In this document: piece after piece, positions 30,161 to 41,026 of the stretch
Layout of the letters: every line of letters begins with the position of its first letter
Numbering within the stretch: the first letter of the stretch is position 1
DNA from: an uncultured Planctomycetota bacterium
GTDB taxonomy: Bacteria; Planctomycetota; Planctomycetia; Isosphaerales; Isosphaeraceae
NCBI GenBank assembly: GCA_963737655.1
Contig: CAVTTN010000002.1
Span: forward strand, 2,688,001 to 2,752,000
DNA: 64,000 nt
Direction of reading: 5' to 3'
The notes under the pieces: generated by a model
The model's database searches: none
What the model was told of the DNA's origin: nothing
What the model saw: the letters and a program-made list of their open reading frames with translations, nothing else
Position numbers and translations under genes: made by a program

Positions 30161-32038
30161 TTACTTCGACGCCGCCGTCACGCCGTCGATCGGCGCCACG
30201 AGCGACTTGAGGAACGTTTCGAGCTGGCGCTTTTCCTTCGCCGAGAGGGCGAAGAACGCCGTGGCCGACGTCTCGCCCTGGCCTCCGTGGAGGGCGACGG
30301 CCTGGTCGAGCGTGTCGGCGCGGCCGTCGTGGAGGTACGGGCCGGAGTCGCGGAAGCCCCAGAGGGGCGGGGTCCGCCACTCCTGGCGACCGGCCGGGCC
30401 GGTCGGCTTCTTCATCATCGGGGCCTGGGGCGCCCCCGGGGCGACCAGGACCGGCGCGGCGAGCTGGACCGGCGCGGCGAGCTGGACCGGCGCGGCGACC
30501 TCGACCTGGACGGTCTCGGTCACGACCGGCGGGGGGGGCGGAGTGACGTCCAGCGGCGAGACGAGCACCGGTTCCTGGAAGACGACCGCCTGCCGTCCCA
30601 TCATCATCCGCATCGCCAGGCGGCCGAGGAGCCGGTTCGGGGCTGGGACGAACCCGGTCTCGAACGCCATCGCTTGCTGGGCCTGGACCTCGTTGCCGGC
30701 CTCGGCGATCGGCCCTTCGGGCTGGGCCGGCGAGGGGTCGTCCTGGAAGTCCGGGTCGGACGAGTTCGGGGTGAACACGCCGTACTGGCCGGTGTCGCCC
30801 AGGTCCGGGCCGAGGTCGTGAACCAGCAGGTCGCTGTACACGCCCTCGACGTCTCCGAGGTTCGGCGAGTGGCACTTGGCGCAGCCGACGGTGGCGAAGA
30901 TCGCCCGGCCGGCCTTCACGTCGGCGTCGTCCTTCGAGATCTCCACCGGAGCGGCGAGGCCCTTGACGTAGGCGACCAGGGCGTCGCATTCGCGGGCGTC
31001 CATGTCCAGGCCCTTGGCCTTGGCGTCGGGCTTCTGGGGCAGGCCGCCCTGCGAGTGCCCGGGGACTTCCAGCCCGAGCTCGACGGCGCAGGCCGTCAGG
31101 ACGAAGTCATTGAGGCTGGGGGTCTGGGCCTTCCAGCCGAAGCGGCCGATCCGCCCGTCCTTTTGCTTCGCCACGCGGCCGGCGGTGGCGGGGTCGGCCT
31201 TCGCCTCGGCCTCCGCCCTGGCGATCAGGACCGATTCGGGGATCGCGTCGAGCTTGCCGGCGCCGAAGAGGCTGGTGGGGTTCCTCTGCGACCGCAACAG
31301 GCTGAACTCGCCGGCCGAGCCCTGGAAGTTCGAGGCGTTGCCGCGGAACTGGACCAGGGTCTTCGCCCGGTTGAGATCCGCCAGGGCACGGCTGCCGGCG
31401 GGGGAGTTCTCGGGCATCGCCGGGCCGAGGAAGTTGTCCATCCCCATCATGTTGTTCCGCCAGCCCTCGTACCCCGGCTCGACGCCGAAGCGGTGGAGGA
31501 CGACGCTCCGGGCCGTCCGGAAGCCGGCGTGGGCGGCGACCAGCGGCTTGGTGTCGGGCTTCCTCGGGACGAACCGGGCCTGGTTGACCTTCGGCCGGTC
31601 GATCCCCAGGAGGGCCTCGCCGGCTCGGGCGAAGAACCCATCGGAAGGGACCAGCGGCCCCTGGATGACCTGCCCCTGTCCGTTGGAGAAGGCCGAGAGG
31701 ATGTCCACGTTCTTGCTCGACGGGCCGGCGCCCCCGGCCCCTCCGGCATTGTGGCAGGCCACGCACGACGAATCGTTGAACACCGGGCCGAGGCCGTCGC
31801 CGCCGTGGCTCCGCGAGTCGTTCGGGGTCCACTCGCGGAGGAACAGCTCCCGGCCCTGGGCGACCAGGGCCGCCCGGTCCTTGGCCGTCGCCTCATCGTC
31901 GCACTCGCACTCGCACTTCGGGCCGTCGGCCGCCGCGGCCAGGCCGGCACCGCCCAGGACAATCAGAGCGGACACCCAGGTCCGCGCCAGGCCGGCGCAC
32001 ATCGCCGTCCGTGAAGCTTCCGATGCACCCATCGTCAC
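30161..32038 (-). CDS. Di-haem oxidoreductase (DHOR)-family c-type cytochrome
   Basis: GLGPVFNDSSCVACH, GRFGWKA, CAKCH, YSDLLVHDLG, WRTPPLWG...YLHDGRA...HGGQG; true start uncertain. Confidence 0.88.
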   Translation of the reverse strand: MTMGASEASRTAMCAGLARTWVSALIVLGGAGLAAAADGPKCECECDDEATAKDRAALVAQGRELFLREWTPNDSRSHGGDGLGPVFNDSSCVACHNAGGAGGAGPSSKNVDILSAFSNGQGQVIQGPLVPSDGFFARAGEALLGIDRPKVNQARFVPRKPDTKPLVAAHAGFRTARSVVLHRFGVEPGYEGWRNNMMGMDNFLGPAMPENSPAGSRALADLNRAKTLVQFRGNASNFQGSAGEFSLLRSQRNPTSLFGAGKLDAIPESVLIARAEAEAKADPATAGRVAKQKDGRIGRFGWKAQTPSLNDFVLTACAVELGLEVPGHSQGGLPQKPDAKAKGLDMDARECDALVAYVKGLAAPVEISKDDADVKAGRAIFATVGCAKCHSPNLGDVEGVYSDLLVHDLGPDLGDTGQYGVFTPNSSDPDFQDDPSPAQPEGPIAEAGNEVQAQQAMAFETGFVPAPNRLLGRLAMRMMMGRQAVVFQEPVLVSPLDVTPPPPPVVTETVQVEVAAPVQLAAPVQLAAPVLVAPGAPQAPMMKKPTGPAGRQEWRTPPLWGFRDSGPYLHDGRADTLDQAVALHGGQGETSATAFFALSAKEKRQLETFLKSLVAPIDGVTAASK

Positions 32039-32258
32039 CCCTCCCAGGTCGTTCGTCGCGAAGTCGGGATGTGATCGGACCGACGCCGCTCATGCTAACC
32101 ACCTCGCCGATCGTCCGCCAACGGAAATCTTCCTAAACAATTAAGAATTCCGATCGCCGACCGCCGACGGTCCGGGGATTTCCCGGCGATCGTCCGCGTG
32201 ATAGACTCTCCGTCACGTCCGAGCGTCAAAGACGAGACGAGAGCAGGAGATCGGAAGC

Positions 32259-33485
32259 GTGACGACGATCCGGGCGATCGGTGCGGCCTCGGCCCTGGCG
32301 GTTCTCGGGCTGGGCGTGGCGGGCTGCGGCCCTCCGAAGGTCGTTTCGGCGGAGAAGCCGGCGTCCCCGGCGACCGTGGCGAAGCCGGCGAAGGAGGACG
32401 ACCTGGCCACCGTGGTGCTCACGCCCGAGGCCGAAACCCGGCTGGGCGTGACCATTGCCGTCGCCGAGGTCAAGCCCGTGGCTCGCTCGCGGTCCTATGC
32501 CGGAGACGTGATCGTCCCTCCCGGGCGGATGATCACCGTCGCCTCGCCGTTCGCGGCCACCGTCGTCGCGGCCGGGGACGCCATCGCCCCCGGCATGCCC
32601 CTGAAGAAGGACCAGCCGGTCGTGGCCTTGCTGCCGTTGCTCTCGGCCGAGGCCAAGGCGCAGCTGGCCACGTTGCGGATCGAGGCCGAGGGGCAGGTCG
32701 ATTCGGCCCGGAAGCAACTGGACGTGGCCAAGGTCGCGCTCGATCGCGTCGAGGACCTCCGCAAGAACCGCGTGGCCGTCGGATCGGCCACCGTCGAGGA
32801 CGCCAAGGCCCAGTATGGGATCGCCGAGACCGCGCTGAAGAACGCCCAGGACCGCCGGGACATCCTCGCCAAGACGATCCAGGAGGCCGGCGCCGGCTCG
32901 CTCACGCCCTTGCCGCTGACCAGCCCCGAGGACGGCATCCTCAGCAGCCTCTCGGCCGCCCCGGGCCAGCAGGTCGGCCCCGGCGCGGTCCTGTTCGCCG
33001 TCGAGAAGCTCGACCCGGTCTGGGTCCGCGTGCCGATCTACGTCGGCGACCTGAAATCGGTGGACCCGGCGAAGGAGGCCCGCGTGGGGGGCCTCTCCAG
33101 CAAGCCGACCGATACCGGGACGTCCGCCAAACCCGTCTCCGCGCCGCCCTCGGGCGACCCCCTGGCCGCCACGGTGGACCTGTTCTACGAGGTCGCCAAT
33201 CCGTCCGCCGCCCTGAGGCCCGGCCAGAGGCTCGGCGTGAGCGTCCCGCTCTCCGGCTCGGCCGAGGGTCTCGTCATCCCCGCCTCGGCCGTCTACTATG
33301 ACATCGGCGGCGGCACCTGGGTTTATGAACAAATCAAGGACCATACCTTCGTCCGCCGCCGGGTCGAGATCGAGCAGGTCTCCGGCGGCGAGGCCATCCT
33401 GACCCGCGGCCTGAAGATCGGGGCCAAGGTCGTCACCGCCGCCGTCGCCGAGATCTATGGGACTGAGTTCGGATTCGCCAAATGA
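32259..33485 (+). CDS. RND efflux periplasmic adaptor (MFP) lipoprotein
   Basis: Lipobox VAGC; hairpin and lipoyl-like segments; LRPGQ...LVIPASAV. Confidence 0.88.
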   Translation: MTTIRAIGAASALAVLGLGVAGCGPPKVVSAEKPASPATVAKPAKEDDLATVVLTPEAETRLGVTIAVAEVKPVARSRSYAGDVIVPPGRMITVASPFAATVVAAGDAIAPGMPLKKDQPVVALLPLLSAEAKAQLATLRIEAEGQVDSARKQLDVAKVALDRVEDLRKNRVAVGSATVEDAKAQYGIAETALKNAQDRRDILAKTIQEAGAGSLTPLPLTSPEDGILSSLSAAPGQQVGPGAVLFAVEKLDPVWVRVPIYVGDLKSVDPAKEARVGGLSSKPTDTGTSAKPVSAPPSGDPLAATVDLFYEVANPSAALRPGQRLGVSVPLSGSAEGLVIPASAVYYDIGGGTWVYEQIKDHTFVRRRVEIEQVSGGEAILTRGLKIGAKVVTAAVAEIYGTEFGFAK

Positions 33486-33525
33486 TCCTGCCCGGCCGTG
33501 AGACGGGGCAGGTGAAGGACCGGCC

Positions 33526-36500
33526 ATGAACTGGATCGTCTCGACGTCTCTCCGGCTCCGCCTGCTGGTCGTCGCGCTGTCGATCGTCCTGATGATCGTC
33601 GGCGTGAGGTCGGCCCTGAAGGCCCCCCTGGACGTCTTCCCCGAGTTCGCCCCTCCTCTCGTGGAGATCCAGACCGAGGCGCCGGGCCTCTCCACCGACG
33701 AGGTCGAGAGCCTCGTCAGCGTCCCCCTCGAGAACGCGTTGAACGGCACGCCGTATCTGAAGACGCTGAGGTCCAAGTCGGTCCTCGGGCTGTCGTCGGT
33801 GGTCCTGATCTTCCAGGAAGGCACCGACCTGATGAAGGCCCGGCAGCTCGTCCAGGAGCGCCTGGCCACCGAGATGAGCCGATTGCCCGCCGTGGCGCGG
33901 CCTCCGGCGTCGCTCGGGCCCGTGATCCTCTCGCCGTTGTCGTCCACCAGCCGCGTGATGAAGATCGGCGTGTCCGCGAAGCCGGTGCCGGGCCTGGATC
34001 TGCTCGGAATCCAGTACAAGCCGCTCACGCAGATGGACCTGACCGTCCTGGCCAAGTGGACCATCCGCCCGAGGCTGATGGCGATCCCCGGCGTGGCGAA
34101 CGTGGCGATCTGGGGCCAGCGCGACAAGCAATATCAGGTGCTCGTCGATCCCGACCGCCTCCGCGACCACAAGGTCTCGCTCGCCCAGGTGACCCAGGCC
34201 GTCACGGACGCCTCGGCCGTGGCCGCCGGCGGCTTCCTCGACACCGCGAACCAGCGGGTCGCCGTCCGCCACCGTTCGCCCGTCGAACGCGTCGACGACC
34301 TCAAGGACGCCGTGATCACCCGGCCCAACGCGCCCCCCTGAGGATCGGGGACCTCGCCGAGGTCCGCATCGGCTTCCCTCCGCCGATCGGCGACGCCGTG
34401 ATCAATGACGGCGAGGGCCTGCTCCTGATCGTCGAGAAGCAGCCGCAGGGCAACACGCTGGACGTCACCCGAAACGTCGAAAAAGCCCTGAAATTGCTCG
34501 ACCTGAACAACAAGGGCGTGGAGGTCGATCCCACGATCTTCCGGCCCGCCACGTTCATCGAGAAATCGCTGGAGAACCTCTCCGAGGCCATGTGGGTCGG
34601 CTGCATCCTCGTCGTGGTGATCCTCGTGGCGTTCCTGTTCGACTGGCGGACGGCGATCATCAGCCTCGTGGCGATCCCCCTTTCCCTGATCGCCGCCACC
34701 CTGGTGATCCAGTACTCCGGGGCGACGATCAACACGATGGTCCTCGCCGGCCTGGTGATCGCGATGGGCGAGGTCGTGGACGACGCGATCATCGACGTCG
34801 AGAACATCGTCCGGCGATTGCGCCTGAACCGCGCCGCCGGGTCGCCCGAATCGGCGTACATGGTCGTGTACAAGGCGTCCCTGGAAGTGCGATCGGCCGT
34901 GGTGTTCGCCAGCCTGATCGTGATCCTGGTGTTCATCCCGGTCTTCTTCCTCGAAGGGCTGGCCGGGTCGTTCTTCCGGCCGTTGGCGATGTCGTACGTG
35001 CTGGCGATCGGCGCCTCGTTGCTCGTGGCCTTGACCGTGACTCCGGCGCTCTCGCTGATGCTCCTGCCGGGCTCGACCGACCGGCACCGCGAATCGCCGC
35101 TGGTCCGAATCCTCCGGGCGGCGTATCGGGCGGTGTTGCCGTGGTTCATCCGCCGGCCGTACCTGGCGATCGGCGTCCTCGCCGTCGCGTTCGGCTGGAG
35201 CGCCTGGGCCGTCGGCGGGCTCGGCCGGGAGTTCCTGCCGAATTTCCAGGAGAACGACTTCCTGATGCACTGGGTCGAGAAGCCGGGCACGTCGCTCGAG
35301 GCGATGAGGCGGATCACCCAGCGAGTCAGCACCGAGCTCCGAGGCGTCGAGGGCGTCAAGAATTTCGGCTCGCACATCGGCCGCGCCGAGGTCGCCGACG
35401 AGGTCGTGGGCCCGAATTTCACCGAGCTGTGGATCTCGGTCGATCCCAAATATGACCACGAAAAGACGTTGGCGCGGATCGAGAAGGTCGTCCAGGGGTA
35501 TCCCGGCCTCTATCGCGACGTGCTGACGTACCTGAAGGAACGGATCAAGGAGGTCCTCACCGGCGCCGGCGCCACGATCGTCGTCCGGCTCTACGGCCCC
35601 GACTTGCCGACCCTGCGCGCAAGGCGCAGGACGTGTACAAGGTCATGGGCAAGGTGCCGGGCGTGACCACGGCGAAGGTCGAGCCGCAGATCCTCGTCCC
35701 CCAGCTCGAAGTCCGGCTCCGGCCCGAGGCCGCCGCGCGGTTCGGCCTGACTCCGGGCGACGTCCGCCGGGCCGCCACCACGTTGGTGAAGGGCGTGAAG
35801 GTGGGCGAGCTCTACGACGAGCAAAAGATCTTCGACGTCGTCGTCTGGGGCGCCCCGAAGGTCCGCGACGACGTGACCTCGCTCCGCAAGCTGCCGATCG
35901 AGCTGCCCGGGAGCGCCGGGAGCGTCCCCCTGGGAGACGTGGCGGAAGTGGCGATCGTCCCGGCGCCGAACGAGATCAAGCGCGAACGGGCGTCGCGACG
36001 GATCGACATCACCTGCAACGTCGCCGGGAGGGACCTGGGCGCCGTGGCGGCGGACATCGAGAAGGCGGTCCGCGAGGAGGTCAAGTTCGACCTCGAGACC
36101 AACCCCGAGTTCCTCGGCGAATACGCCGCCCTCCAGGAATCCAGCCGCCGGTTGTTCGCCCTGTCGGCGTTGTCCCTGCTGGGGATCATCCTGATCATCC
36201 ACCTGGATTTCCAGTCGGTCCGGCTCACGGCCCTGGTGTTCCTCACCTTGCCGTTCGCCCTGATCGGCGGGGTGATGGGCGCGATGATCGGCGGGGGCGT
36301 GCTGTCGCTGGGGTCGCTGGTCGGGTTCGTGACGGTCCTGGGGATCGCGGCCCGCAACGGGATCATGCTGGTCAGCCACTACCGCCACCTGGAGGAACAG
36401 GAAGGCGAGCCGTTCGGCGAATCGCTCGTGTTGCGAGGCTCGGAGGAGAGGCTCGCGCCGATCCTCATGACCGTCCTCGCCACCGGCCTGGCGCTGGTGC

Positions 36501-36742
36501 CGCTGGCGGTCTCGGGCAACAAGCCGGGGCACGAGATCGAGCACCCGATGGCCGTGGTGATCCTCGGCGGGCTGGTCACCTCGACCCTGCTCAACCTGTT
36601 CCTGCTCCCGTCGCTCTACGCCCGGTTCGGCCGGGTCACGAGGAGGGCCGAGGACCGCCTGGAGCCGGAGACCACGTTCGCCGCCTCCGGCCTCAAGGGC
36701 GGATCGGTCGCGATGGCCCACCGATCGCCCGAGATTCCCTGA
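33526..36742 (+). CDS. CusA/CzcA-type RND permease; apparent frameshifts near 34335 and 35620
   Basis: LDVFPEF...[38 protein letters not shown]; spread over three consecutive ORFs. Confidence 0.9.
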
Positions 36743-36771
36743 TTCCGGGAGGAGAGGGAGGGGATCGCCAC

Positions 36772-36966
36772 TCATCCCCTCCGGGTTGAATCGGAATCCA
36801 GGCCGTTGAGCCGATCGGACCGATGGCGGCCGAGGTCCGGCTCGATCGAGGCGGCCTCCTCGGGATTCTCGCTCAGGGCCCTCTTGAGCATCTGGCGTCG
36901 GTGCTTGTTCCCGGCCTTCTTGATCTCTCGCTTGTCCTCGCGACGCTGCCTCTTGTCCGGGTCCAC
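36772..36966 (-). CDS. Small basic hypothetical protein
   Basis: GGAGAGGAGG RBS; 64 aa; KREIKKAGNKHRRQMLKR. Confidence 0.7.
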   Translation of the reverse strand: MDPDKRQRREDKREIKKAGNKHRRQMLKRALSENPEEAASIEPDLGRHRSDRLNGLDSDSTRRG

Positions 36967-36990
36967 GCGCGTTGCCTCCTCTCCATGCGA

Positions 36991-38406
36991 TCAATCGACG
37001 GCCGAGACCTTCAGGCTCCCCCCGAGCCGCCCGACGGCCCGGGTCCAGGCCATCAAGATGATGATCCCGGTGAGGATCAGCCCCGAGGTCAGCCCGATCC
37101 AGATCCCCAGGACGCCCCAACCGGCGACGAACCCCAGGACATAGCCCATCGGCAGTCCCACGGCCCAGTACGCGGCGAGGTTGGCGAACATCGGCAGCCG
37201 GGTCTCGCCGGCCCCTCGCAACACGCCCGTGCCGACGACCTGGATGCCGTCGAACACCTGGAACACCGCCGCCGCGATGAGCAACGTCCGGGCCACGGCG
37301 AGGATGCCCGGATCTGTCGTGAAGATCCCCAGCAACGGGCCGGGCAGGAGCGTCATCGTCGTTCCCGAGATCGCCATGAAGCCGGCGCCGATCAGGATGG
37401 CGGTCCATCCCGAGCGTGCGGCGCCGGCCGGGTCGTCTCGACCCAGGGCCTGGCCGACCCTCACCGCCCCGGCCGAAGACACGCCCAGGGGCACCATGAA
37501 CGTCGTCCCGGCGATCTGGAGGACAACTTCATGGGCCGCCAGGGCATTCGAGCCGAGCCGACCGGCCAGCAGCGCCGCCGCGCCGAACACGGCCACCTCC
37601 AGCGTCAAATGGACCGCCGACGGGAACCCCAGGACGATCAACTCCTTCAGCAGAGGCCCATCGATGCCCAGGGGCGTCGTCAACAGGCCGGTCCTCTTGC
37701 GGACTCCGTGCCAGAGGGCATATCCGGCGACGATCGCCAGCATGACGAACCGCGAGGCGACCGTGGACCACGCCGAGCCCGCCACGCCCATCGCCGGGAA
37801 GCCGAGCCGGCCATACACGAACACCCAGTTCCCCGCGAGGTTCGCGAGATTGGCGAGGACCAGCGCGACCATCACCGGGGCCACCAGGTTCATCCCCTGG
37901 AGATAGCGGCGGATGGCGAAGAACACCATCAAGGGGGGCAGGCCCCAGAGCATGATGCTGATGTAGCGGCCCGTCGGCGCGAGGACGCCCGGGTCCACCC
38001 CGCTGAGCTTCAACCAGACGTTCCCCAGGGCGATCACCCCCATCAAAATCGGGCTGATCGCCAGGCCGAGATAGACCCCCTGGAACATCGCCCGGTGGCA
38101 CCGGCGGAGGTCTCCCGCGCCGAAGGCCTGCGAGACGATCGCGTCGAGCCCGAGCAGGGCGCCGATCCCGAAGATCGCCACGCTGAAGAACACGACGTTG
38201 CCGATCCCGACGGCGCCGATGGCCTCGGCGCCGAGGCGGCCGACCATGATCGTGTCGGCCACGCCCATGCCCATCCAGCCGAGCTCGGACACCACGACCG
38301 GCAATGCCAGCGCGAGCATCGGCCGGGCCTCCGAGGCCAGGCCCCGGAGGATTGCGCGGATCGACGCCGATCGCCTCTCGGCCCGCTCTTCCGTGAAACT
38401 CGGCAC
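36991..38406 (-). CDS. MATE family efflux transporter (NorM-like)
   Basis: LALPVV, DTIMVGRLG, VSQAFGA, RVGQALG, FQVFDGIQ; about 12 TM helices. Confidence 0.92.
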   Translation of the reverse strand: MPSFTEERAERRSASIRAILRGLASEARPMLALALPVVVSELGWMGMGVADTIMVGRLGAEAIGAVGIGNVVFFSVAIFGIGALLGLDAIVSQAFGAGDLRRCHRAMFQGVYLGLAISPILMGVIALGNVWLKLSGVDPGVLAPTGRYISIMLWGLPPLMVFFAIRRYLQGMNLVAPVMVALVLANLANLAGNWVFVYGRLGFPAMGVAGSAWSTVASRFVMLAIVAGYALWHGVRKRTGLLTTPLGIDGPLLKELIVLGFPSAVHLTLEVAVFGAAALLAGRLGSNALAAHEVVLQIAGTTFMVPLGVSSAGAVRVGQALGRDDPAGAARSGWTAILIGAGFMAISGTTMTLLPGPLLGIFTTDPGILAVARTLLIAAAVFQVFDGIQVVGTGVLRGAGETRLPMFANLAAYWAVGLPMGYVLGFVAGWGVLGIWIGLTSGLILTGIIILMAWTRAVGRLGGSLKVSAVD

Positions 38407-38633
38407 GAACCGTCCCTCCCCGTCGCCTCGATCCGGCCCCCGATCCGTCTGGACAAGGATACCAAATCGCGGGTTCGCGCCGCCTGGGGTCTCGGCCGTC
38501 CCGTTCGCGGGCCTCGAACCGCCGGGTCTATTCGCCGGAGCGCCCGGGCCGCTACAATGGGTGCCTTGTCGCGGGCCCGGAGGCCCGCGAATCGCTCCTC
38601 GCTCGCCTCGGATTGCATCGCCAGGGAGATCGG

Positions 38634-39353
38634 ATGAAGACGTTCGTGACCGCCGGCCTCGTCGCGCTCGGGCTGATCTTCGGCTCGGCGCTCGCCCAGG
38701 ACACCAAGACCGCGAAGCCCGCCCCTCCCGCGGGCGACCTGAAGGACCTCCGCTCCCAGGCCAGCTATGCCATCGGCCAGAATATCGGCAAGAACCTGAA
38801 GGCCCAGGACATCGACCTCGACCCGGCCGTGATCGCCCAGGGGATCAAGGACGTCCTGGAGGGCGCCAAGCCGAAGCTCTCCGAGGAAGAGGCCGAGAAG
38901 TGCATGGAGACCTTCCAGCGCGAGATGCTCGCCCGCCGCGAGGCGAACCTCAAGAAGGCCGCCGAGAAGAACAAGAAGGAAGGAGACGCCTACCTCGCCG
39001 CCAACAAGGCCAAGCCCGGCATCGTCACCACCTCCACCGGCCTCCAGTACAAGGTCCTGAAGGAAGGCGCCGGACCGATCCCCAAGAAGACCGACACGGT
39101 CAAGGCCAACTACAAGGGCCAGCTCCTCGACGGCACCGAGTTCGACAGCTCGTACAAGAGGGGCGAGCCGACCAGCTTCCCGGTCGCCGAGGTCATCCCC
39201 GGCTGGACCGAGGCGCTCCTGAAGATGAAGGTCGGCTCCAAGTGGGAGCTCTTCATCCCCTCCAACCTCGCCTACGGAGAGCGAGGCCGCACGAGCATCC
39301 CGCCCAACTCGGTCCTGATCTTCGAGATCGAACTCGTCGAGATCGAGAAGTAA
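38634..39353 (+). CDS. FKBP-type peptidyl-prolyl isomerase (FkpA/Mip-like)
   Basis: Signal peptide; SYAIG, GLQYKVL, YKGQLLDGTEFDSS, VIPGWTEAL. Confidence 0.93.
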   Translation: MKTFVTAGLVALGLIFGSALAQDTKTAKPAPPAGDLKDLRSQASYAIGQNIGKNLKAQDIDLDPAVIAQGIKDVLEGAKPKLSEEEAEKCMETFQREMLARREANLKKAAEKNKKEGDAYLAANKAKPGIVTTSTGLQYKVLKEGAGPIPKKTDTVKANYKGQLLDGTEFDSSYKRGEPTSFPVAEVIPGWTEALLKMKVGSKWELFIPSNLAYGERGRTSIPPNSVLIFEIELVEIEK

Positions 39354-39363
39354 CGCCCGACGG

Positions 39364-39450
39364 CCCCGGGTAGCATGCCCACCTCTTCGTGGGCATGTCT
39401 TACCGAGGAGTTGAAGACAAGCCCACGAAGCCGTGGGCATGCCACCCGGG
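39364..39450. repeat. REP doublet (GTAGCATGCCCAC family)
   Basis: GGGTAGCATGCCCAC..GTGGGCATGTCTT and inverted AAGACAAGCCCAC..GTGGGCATGCCACCC between convergent genes. Confidence 0.75.
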
Positions 39451-39466
39451 GGACGGGATGGCCATT

Positions 39467-40252
39467 TCACGGGCCGACCGTTCCCGCCAGGGTCGCGACC
39501 GGGATCTCGCCGACGCTCTCGAAGACATGGGTGGGCCGGTAGGCGTAGCTCTCGATCGTCTCCCGGGTGCTCACCCCGGAGAGCACCAGGATCGTCCTCA
39601 TCCCGGCCTCGGTCCCGGCGATCACGTCGGTGTCCATCCGGTCGCCGATCATGAACGACTCGGAGGCGTGCGCGCCCATCTTCTTCAGGGCCGTCCGCAT
39701 CATCAACGGGTTCGGCTTGCCCACGAAATACGGCTTCTTCCCGGTGGCCAGCTCGATCGGCGCGACCAGGGCCCCGCACGCCGGCTGAATCCCTTCTTCC
39801 GAGGGCCCGGTCAGGTCCAGATTGGTCGCGATGAACCGCGCCCCGGCGGCGATCAGGCGGATGGCGCGCTCGATCTTCTCGAAATCGTAGCTGCGCGTGT
39901 CCCCGACGACCACGTAATCCGGGTCGCGCTCCGTGAGGGTGTACCCGGCCTCGTACAGGGCGTTCGTGAGGCCCGCGCCGCCGATCACGTAGGCCGTCCC
40001 GCCGGGCCTTTGCTGCTTCAGGAATTCGGCCGTGGCGAGGGCCGAGGTGTGGAAGGCCGTCTCCTCGACCGAGATCCCCAGCCCCTCCAGGCGGTGGCGG
40101 AGGTCGCGAGGCGTCCACTGGCTGTTATTGGTGAGGAACAGGAACCGATGGCCCCCCTGGCGGAGGCGATCGAGGAACTCGGGCACCCCGGGGATCAGCC
40201 GGTGACCGTGGTAGATCACCCCGTCCATGTCGATCACGAAGCTCGCGGGCAT
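39467..40252 (-). CDS. HAD-IIA hydrolase (NagD-like)
   Basis: IDMDGVIY, LTNNS, GKPNP, IGDRMDTD. Confidence 0.93.
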   Translation of the reverse strand: MPASFVIDMDGVIYHGHRLIPGVPEFLDRLRQGGHRFLFLTNNSQWTPRDLRHRLEGLGISVEETAFHTSALATAEFLKQQRPGGTAYVIGGAGLTNALYEAGYTLTERDPDYVVVGDTRSYDFEKIERAIRLIAAGARFIATNLDLTGPSEEGIQPACGALVAPIELATGKKPYFVGKPNPLMMRTALKKMGAHASESFMIGDRMDTDVIAGTEAGMRTILVLSGVSTRETIESYAYRPTHVFESVGEIPVATLAGTVGP

Positions 40253-40389
40253 GGTCCATCCTTCCGGCCGACGGTCCGGGGCCGACCCATGATAGCCGCG
40301 CGACCCGATCGCGGGTAGGCGCCTCGGGCGGCCCGCGCTGGTATCATCACGCTGTTCCGCGTCCCGCCTCCCCGACGGATCGACCCTCC

Positions 40390-40971
40390 ATGAGCGCCTC
40401 GACCACGCCTCCTCGCGCCGACGCCCCCACCCGGCAATCGATCCGCGAGTATTTCCGCGAAGACGGCTCGCGGATGACGATGATGGCCGCCCGCAAGTTC
40501 GGCGTGCCCGAGCAGGTCGTCGTGGAGGCGATCGTCGGCCAGATGCCCGTGACCCGGCTCCGCGACGGCGCCTTCCGCGAGCTGATCGAAGCCTTGCCCG
40601 CCCTCGGCGTGATGCGCGTGTTCGTCCGCAGCCGGGCGGCCGTGATCGAGTCCGTCGGCACCTTCGGCGGCTTCTCCGAGACCGGCCCGTTCTTCAACGT
40701 CCAGACCGACACCCTGGATATGCACATCCTTTACGACGAGATCGCCGCCATCTTCGCCGTCGAGAAGACCGGCCACGACTCCACCTTCGCCACCCACTCC
40801 TTCCAGTTCTTCGACCGGAACGGAGACGCCGGCTTCAAGGCGTTCCTCTGGGACAAGTTCCCCGAAGTCCCGGCGGAGACGATCGCCGCCTTCCGCGCCC
40901 TGACCGCGAGGCTCTCGGCCGGCGGGACGGTCGCGGGGCCCGGGGACCACGAACCGGCTGTTCGATCCTGA
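40390..40971 (+). CDS. ChuX/HutX-like haem-utilisation carrier protein
   Basis: N-terminal helical motif AARKFGVPEQVVVEA; GPFFNV...DMHI; SFQFFDRNGDAGFKAFL. Confidence 0.7.
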   Translation: MSASTTPPRADAPTRQSIREYFREDGSRMTMMAARKFGVPEQVVVEAIVGQMPVTRLRDGAFRELIEALPALGVMRVFVRSRAAVIESVGTFGGFSETGPFFNVQTDTLDMHILYDEIAAIFAVEKTGHDSTFATHSFQFFDRNGDAGFKAFLWDKFPEVPAETIAAFRALTARLSAGGTVAGPGDHEPAVRS

Positions 40972-41026
40972 TCCCGCCCGGAAGTTGGGAGAAGACTCCC
41001 GGTCCGGGTTCTCGAGGCCCCGCGAA

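Noticed and set aside
34325..34340. Programmed ribosomal frameshift in the RND permease
   Set aside because: A simple C-run indel, one of several similar breaks in unrelated genes; no slippery heptamer with a stimulatory structure was evident.
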